DNA of 64,000 nt from Psammoneis japonica (Eukaryota), in assembly GCA_008632985.1 (NCBI GenBank), contig QPGO01000005.1, positions 1-64,000 of the forward strand, given 5' to 3'. Below the pieces are notes generated by a model. It saw only the letters and a program-made list of their open reading frames with translations. It was not told the DNA's origin and made no database searches. Every line of letters begins with the position of its first letter. Position 1 is the stretch's first letter. This document shows, piece after piece, positions 58,470 to 64,000 of this stretch. The translations under genes and the position numbers were made by a program.

Positions 58470-60272
58470 ATGAGCAGCGGTCGAGGCAGAGGTGTATCGA
58501 ATGCTCCCGCATGGATGACACGTCCATCATCTGCTGGAGGAGGCGGTGGTCCTCCTCCTCCTCCTCATTCAGGACGACGTCCTCCATCTCCGGAACGCGA
58601 TCAGTATGGACGAATGCGTAGTTCTGGAGGTCCACCACCACCCCGAAGACGCCACTATGACGATGAACCTCCCCTTCCTCGTTACAACAATCGCGGTCCA
58701 CTTACTCCTCGTGGTGGACGCCATCGTGGAGGTGGTGGTGGTCGTCGTCCGCCGGTTGTGTTTCGTTCCTATGAAGAAGAATGTGACTGGGTCGAAGAAC
58801 GCCGTCGCAAACGCTTGGCACGCAAGTCGTTGTTTGATGTCCCACCGACACCGGAACAATTGGCAGCCGATGCGAAAATGGCCGCCATGACGAATTTTGC
58901 CGCCACGGACTTTTCGGGAATTAATTTTACCGCTGGTGGCAATGCGGCGGGTGCACAGCCCCAACAGACGCGTCATGCACGGCGTTTGTACATTGGGCAC
59001 TTGCCAGCCGGTGTCAATGAAGACGACCTTCACGTCTTTTTTCGTCAAGCCATTGAATCGGCCATGGGTGGTGGTCGTATGGACGATGATCCTATTCTAT
59101 CCGTCTATATCAATCACGAACGTCGCTTTTGTTTTTTGGAATTCAAAACAATCGAAATGGCGTCGGCGTGTATGGCACTCGACGGCATCAACGTGATGGG
59201 CCGTGGTAAGGTCAAGGTGAAACGTCCCAATGATTACAATCCAACTATGGTCCCGCCCATTAATCCAGCAGCAATTCCACAATTGGACGTATCGCGTCTT
59301 GGAATCGTCTCGGGGACAGTCGCAGATGGTCCCAACAAGGTGTTTATCGGGGGCTTGCACTATCACTTGACAGAAGATCAAGTCATGGAATTGCTACAGG
59401 CGTTTGGAAAAATCAAGGCGTTTCATTTAGTCAAGGAAGATCCGGATGCCACCACCTCCAAGGGATATTGCTTTGTCGAGTACGCCGATCCCAACGTGAC
59501 ACCGACGGCCGTCATGGGCTTGAACGGGATGGACCTCGGTGGAGGCAAGACTCTGACAGCACGCGTCGCGGCTGCACGCAACGCGGTTGCCATGAGTGCA
59601 GCCGCTGGACCCATCATGACGGCGGGTGCTGGTAGTGGCGATACGACGGGACGCAACATTATCAATGGCTATGATGTTGAACAGTTGGTGGATGCCGCCA
59701 TGGGATTGGCACCCATGCCGGCACCGCCCACGATTGACCCAAGCACGGGGTTGCCTACGGTGGGTGGTTTTATGCCCATGCAAGCGCCTGTTGTTCCCTT
59801 GCAAACGCCGGTTGTTTCCATGCAAGCACCCATGGCGGCAGCACCGGCAGTTCCCATGGCGACTACTCCAGCTTCGGCATTGGATATTGCCAATGCAGCC
59901 TTGGCGGCAGCCTATGGACCGTCAGCTACAGGACCGCCGCCACAAGCAACCATGCCACTCAAGACTCGTATTCTCGTCTTGCTCAACATGGTCATGGATG
60001 AGGATTTGGCCACCGACGATGATTACAATGGATTATCGGAAGAAGTACGAGAAGAGTGTTCCAAGTTTGGTCGTCTCGTATCCATGAAGATTCCACGACT
60101 TTCCGATGCAGGCGTGGACCCGTCGGCGGTTAAAAAGATTTTTCTAGAGTATGCCACGGTGGACGAGGCGGCTCGGGCCGAGCAAGAACTGGCGGGACGG
60201 ACTTTTGGATCCAATGTGGTGCAAGCATCTTATTTTAGTGAAGAGGAATACGCTGCTGGAAGGCTCAAGTGA
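58470..60272 (+). CDS. U2AF2: Splicing factor U2AF large subunit (U2AF65)
   Basis: Arg-rich N-terminus, QTRHARRLYIG RRM1, KRPNDY, NKVFIGGL...SKGYCFVEY RRM2, and a UHM with EVREECSKFG...LAGRTF. Confidence 0.93.
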   Translation: MSSGRGRGVSNAPAWMTRPSSAGGGGGPPPPPHSGRRPPSPERDQYGRMRSSGGPPPPRRRHYDDEPPLPRYNNRGPLTPRGGRHRGGGGGRRPPVVFRSYEEECDWVEERRRKRLARKSLFDVPPTPEQLAADAKMAAMTNFAATDFSGINFTAGGNAAGAQPQQTRHARRLYIGHLPAGVNEDDLHVFFRQAIESAMGGGRMDDDPILSVYINHERRFCFLEFKTIEMASACMALDGINVMGRGKVKVKRPNDYNPTMVPPINPAAIPQLDVSRLGIVSGTVADGPNKVFIGGLHYHLTEDQVMELLQAFGKIKAFHLVKEDPDATTSKGYCFVEYADPNVTPTAVMGLNGMDLGGGKTLTARVAAARNAVAMSAAAGPIMTAGAGSGDTTGRNIINGYDVEQLVDAAMGLAPMPAPPTIDPSTGLPTVGGFMPMQAPVVPLQTPVVSMQAPMAAAPAVPMATTPASALDIANAALAAAYGPSATGPPPQATMPLKTRILVLLNMVMDEDLATDDDYNGLSEEVREECSKFGRLVSMKIPRLSDAGVDPSAVKKIFLEYATVDEAARAEQELAGRTFGSNVVQASYFSEEEYAAGRLK

Positions 60273-61080
60273 TGATGGATCTTTTTTGTCTTTTTGTGAT
60301 TGCTATTCTTGATTTTTTTGGCGAGACGTATGTTTAGATCCATGCAGTCTTTTGTGACATGCTTGGTCAAAGTGGAGTACCGCAGGAGGGCTTACGCGTC
60401 AAGAAATTTTATTTTGTGGCTGTATTGTTATTTGTGGTTTGATTGTGGTTAAGAAAATGTGTGGAGTGACAAAGACTGAAGCAAACAAACCCATTACTCT
60501 ATTTTCTCTTTTTGTTACTCTTCTTCTATTTCGCGCGTTTACAGCATGTCTGCTTGTTAGAATGCTTGTCTCTTGGTGGGCGCCGCAAAAGAGCAAATAC
60601 TGGTGGAAGCAAACGTTACTTTCTCCTTGTGCATCCTTTCTTTCTTGTTGTTGCTCTCTATTACTTCTCGCGCGTGTAGTACAGTGAATGTGATCCTTTC
60701 ATCCCAGTATTACCTTGGTTTGAATTGTGCTTTATTCTCTCATCGTAAAAGAGACAGGCCGTATGTTTGTCGATCATGCTAGGGACAGAACCGAGCAGTG
60801 ACAGCGTTGCGCGGCTGCTTCTTTTTCGTCTTGGGAGTACGTATCAGATTTCGAAATTTGCCGAATTGTACGTTGAAGCTCGGCAGCTAGCGAGGCTCCA
60901 GCTTCGTAGAGAAAGTTCGCTTTGAGTACTGCTGACAATCCACCCACTCTCCTCATGTACTAGTCGTATGCTCGTCTTTCGAGTTCAGCGAACATTGCAA
61001 TGCAGCTGTACGATAGAGGTAGAGACTAGCTATAGTTTCTGTTGATCTCTATTGACCATATATTCTATGCTGTACAGTCC

Positions 61081-62490
61081 TTACTCGTAGTAGAGATCGA
61101 TTGCATGATCAATGTGCTCTATTAGGCTGCTCCCATAAGCCTTCTCGTCCCATGCTAGCGCTTGCTTCTTGGCAACAAGACCAGTCTTTTTCATTCGTGG
61201 TCGATCTCGGAGAATGGCTGACAGTTCCGTGATTCCTGGACCAGTCAAATCGGGTTCTTGTCGTCCACCATTCTTTTGTATGGGTGGCATTTCAACTTCA
61301 AAGACGCCTTCGCCACTCACAATGGCGGTTGCACCAATCACATTTCCGCTGGCAACCACAGACGGCACTCCAAACGCGGCAGCCTCGACAATTGTCATCC
61401 CATAGGCATCGTAGGAACACGGATGAAAGTTGAGCGCTGTTCTCGAAAAGACAGCAGCCAAAGCAGAAGGAGACAAGAAGGATTCAATAATGATAGCATG
61501 GGGAGCAACGCACTTTAACAGGCCCTTGACTCTGTTTGCGTAATCTTCGTCTGACGCCGCACCGGCTAGCAAAGGCGTCAAGCCGCATTCTGCTAAAATG
61601 TGAGAAGTTGCTTCGATAAACTTAATGAAGCGCATGGCATCCTTCTCTGGTGACAATCGTACCAGACAAGTTACAAAGCAATTGTGTTGTCCGTGGTAGT
61701 CCTGCATGGCGACTGAGTGTTGGCATGGTAAATCGTTGCTTTGAATCTGCTCTGGAGGCAGCTTGGCGAGCCTCTCAATGTCGGCTCGAAGCGGAGGGTG
61801 GAGAATGTGGATGCGTTCTCTTGCCGGAAATACCAAATCAGAGCTATCCATCAAGTCTTGTAGCGATTTTCTGTCCTTTTCGGATAACACAATAATTGTC
61901 TGGGCATTGACTAGAGCTTGACGTTCCATGTTATCATACCACTCATGCTCTTGCACATCTGAAACTCCGGAGCTGTAGACACGAAAGTTCAAATATACCA
62001 TTGGGGGCAAATCCACCTCATCACTCCAAAGGTCTTGTGGTATAGACCTGTAGGCGCACCCTCCAGTCCAATCGATTGTGCAGATCACATCCGCTTGCTC
62101 CAAAGCTGAGGCGAGCTTCGAGGAATCATCAGTCTCTGATAGAAATTGCCAGCTGAATTCTCTCCAACCCGATTCTGCGTCTAATCGACGCCATCCTACT
62201 TCCTCAGGTAGGGTTACTGCATACATGTCAAGTCGACTTGCGTCTTCTTCAGATATTTCGGGATATGCCAATGGATTATCGTCCGTACTAGCATGGTCCG
62301 GAGCCGGACGACAACACCAAACACTCAGCTGACAGCCTAGTTCTAGCAGTGACTTTGCGAGGCTTCTACTCAAGATACCATTCCCGCTAAAAGGACTATA
62401 GGTAAATTCATATGTCAAGAGCACAATGCGAAGAGGGTCGTTTGCTGCTGCCGTCAGATTGCCCATGATGCCGCATGTAACAATATTCAT
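61081..62490 (-). CDS. Glycosyltransferase, GT-B fold (GT4-like)
   Basis: SGNG N-terminal loop, VRLSPEK and PCSYDAYGMTIVEAAAFGVP donor-binding motif. Confidence 0.85.
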   Translation of the reverse strand: MNIVTCGIMGNLTAAANDPLRIVLLTYEFTYSPFSGNGILSRSLAKSLLELGCQLSVWCCRPAPDHASTDDNPLAYPEISEEDASRLDMYAVTLPEEVGWRRLDAESGWREFSWQFLSETDDSSKLASALEQADVICTIDWTGGCAYRSIPQDLWSDEVDLPPMVYLNFRVYSSGVSDVQEHEWYDNMERQALVNAQTIIVLSEKDRKSLQDLMDSSDLVFPARERIHILHPPLRADIERLAKLPPEQIQSNDLPCQHSVAMQDYHGQHNCFVTCLVRLSPEKDAMRFIKFIEATSHILAECGLTPLLAGAASDEDYANRVKGLLKCVAPHAIIIESFLSPSALAAVFSRTALNFHPCSYDAYGMTIVEAAAFGVPSVVASGNVIGATAIVSGEGVFEVEMPPIQKNGGRQEPDLTGPGITELSAILRDRPRMKKTGLVAKKQALAWDEKAYGSSLIEHIDHAIDLYYE

Positions 62491-62899
62491 ATTTGCATGT
62501 TTTTACAACAACATCGGACCTCCACGATTCAAATCAGAGATCCAAGATTCGAACCCCGTGTGCGATGCTCAGTCTCGAATCCCGCGGAAGCCGAGTCACG
62601 AATGCGATATTTGTTCCTAGCTTCGCGCTTGTTTAACTTCGCGTTTCCTTTAGATGGCAGCTGCATCTGCTCATAAAAACTGCTCATAATCTTTCTAACG
62701 CACTGATTATCACCTCTCAACTTTTGGTACAATAAAGTCACTGATTGATTGTTGCATCGCAATTACAGCTTTTAATCACTGAAAGTGCAGACGAATCTTA
62801 AAATTCTGGCTACTTTCCCACACCGCACTGTTACTTGCGCTCTTTTCTGCTGTCATCTCGGCGAACGAAAAATGCCAAAAAAGGGTCTGTGTGCCCATC

Positions 62900-64000
62900 C
62901 GTTCAGAACCGAGACTTATTGTGTTTGAGACCCTGTCCATGATGGACGCTCTTGTGATGTAATGTCAAATCATGTTATGAGCTTTCTAGACACTGCTTCC
63001 CTGGTGCTCTTGGCATCTTGCATCAGGTTCACCTCACTCACCCACACGTCAAGAGCCTGTGGTTGTGGGTGAAAATGCCAACTCTTTGGAGTCGTCTCCG
63101 CCGTTGACACACTGGTCTCTCGTCCTCTGTTGCAAGCGGTGAGCAGAGATCAAGCAACTGCGCCCAACACATGGAGGCAAGCCATCCTTGCTGGCTTGGT
63201 GAGTGCCTCTCAACTACAGACCAAGAAACTCTTGGTTCTTCTCCTCTCAGCAAAATCTTTGTTGTGGGACCCGGGAATGTGGAGAGTCCTCCACCAGCTG
63301 CCACAGCAACAACACAATGTTTGCAGAGCACTCTCAGACATGAGAAAATGAGCCTCATCAGCCTTGACCTTGAGCTGAGAGCATGACTCTTTTTTTTGTT
63401 CACACACACAACAGTGCTGCTGTGGCAAATGTCTTTGTGCAAAACTCTGTGCCACATGCTGCATTGTTGAATGCTGCCAAACAATTCTGTCACACTGTCA
63501 CAATGAAGTGCTGTGGTGGTGCAATGTTTCTGACACACCACCTTGTGAGAAGCACACAAGGCTGCCACAACACAACAGCCACAGCCACAAAAGAAAGAAC
63601 AGGCTTCTTCCTGGCAATGAGCTGACTGTCAGGAAAAGAGCTTTTTAAGGAATCAGAAGCAAAGCATGCCTTGAGCATGATTTGTGCTGCACCCAATGAT
63701 CTGTGCTCTTTGCTGCAGCTGGCCTGTGCTGTTGTGCAATGTTGGCAACTTGTGCACAACATGCAAGCCTTGGCACAATTGGGCCAAACGTGCACTGCAT
63801 CATGGTCTCATCATGGCTGATGACAACATCAGGAGGTTCATGAAAGGGCATTTTCCTTGCACATGAGCTGTGCAAAAATCACGCAGAACAAGAAATGGCC
63901 CTTGGCAAATGGAGCAGAGCAATTTTTGTCACAACACAAAGCACTTTTTCTCCACTTTTTGAAAGTGCATCTTTTTTTCAAAAACAAAAAAAGAGTCAAC
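62900..64000. other. Start of hypermutated domain C
   Basis: TA and then CG disappear within a few hundred bp of the glycosyltransferase 5' region. Confidence 0.85.

Noticed and set aside
60774..60956. 60-aa ORF between U2AF65 and the glycosyltransferase
   Set aside because: Too short and has no recognisable motif.

Overview
Eukaryotic nuclear DNA, most likely from a diatom (inferred from a diatom-type HSF, a CoDi-like Ty1/copia element, short GT-AG introns and an RxL pro-peptide). The gene-dense block at ~29-62.9 kb has normal composition. It encodes a small Cys-rich secreted peptide, an IMP1-type peptidase, a BTB-like protein, kinesin-4, a peptidase M50, ATR kinase, an SPX-MFS transporter, NTAN1, U2AF65 and a GT4 glycosyltransferase. 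A second normal island at ~11.4-16.2 kb holds a MITE, two pseudogene fragments and an HSF gene. The rest (~1-11.4 kb, ~16.2-29.0 kb, ~62.9-64 kb) is repeat-derived DNA almost stripped of TpA and, in the most decayed parts, of CpG. The main observation is an apparent RIP-like genome-defence process that converts TpA to TpG/CpA (A:T->G:C), the opposite direction to fungal RIP, acting on top of CpG decay. Internal comparisons support it. A full-length copia element has its conserved Tyr residues changed to Cys/His (YVDD->HVDD). Its two LTRs differ only at TA/CG/CA/TG dinucleotides. A decayed copy of the IMP1 gene can be aligned with its intact source in this window. A MITE at a domain border has TA->CA changes in one TIR only. 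All counts were made by eye and no database searches were run.
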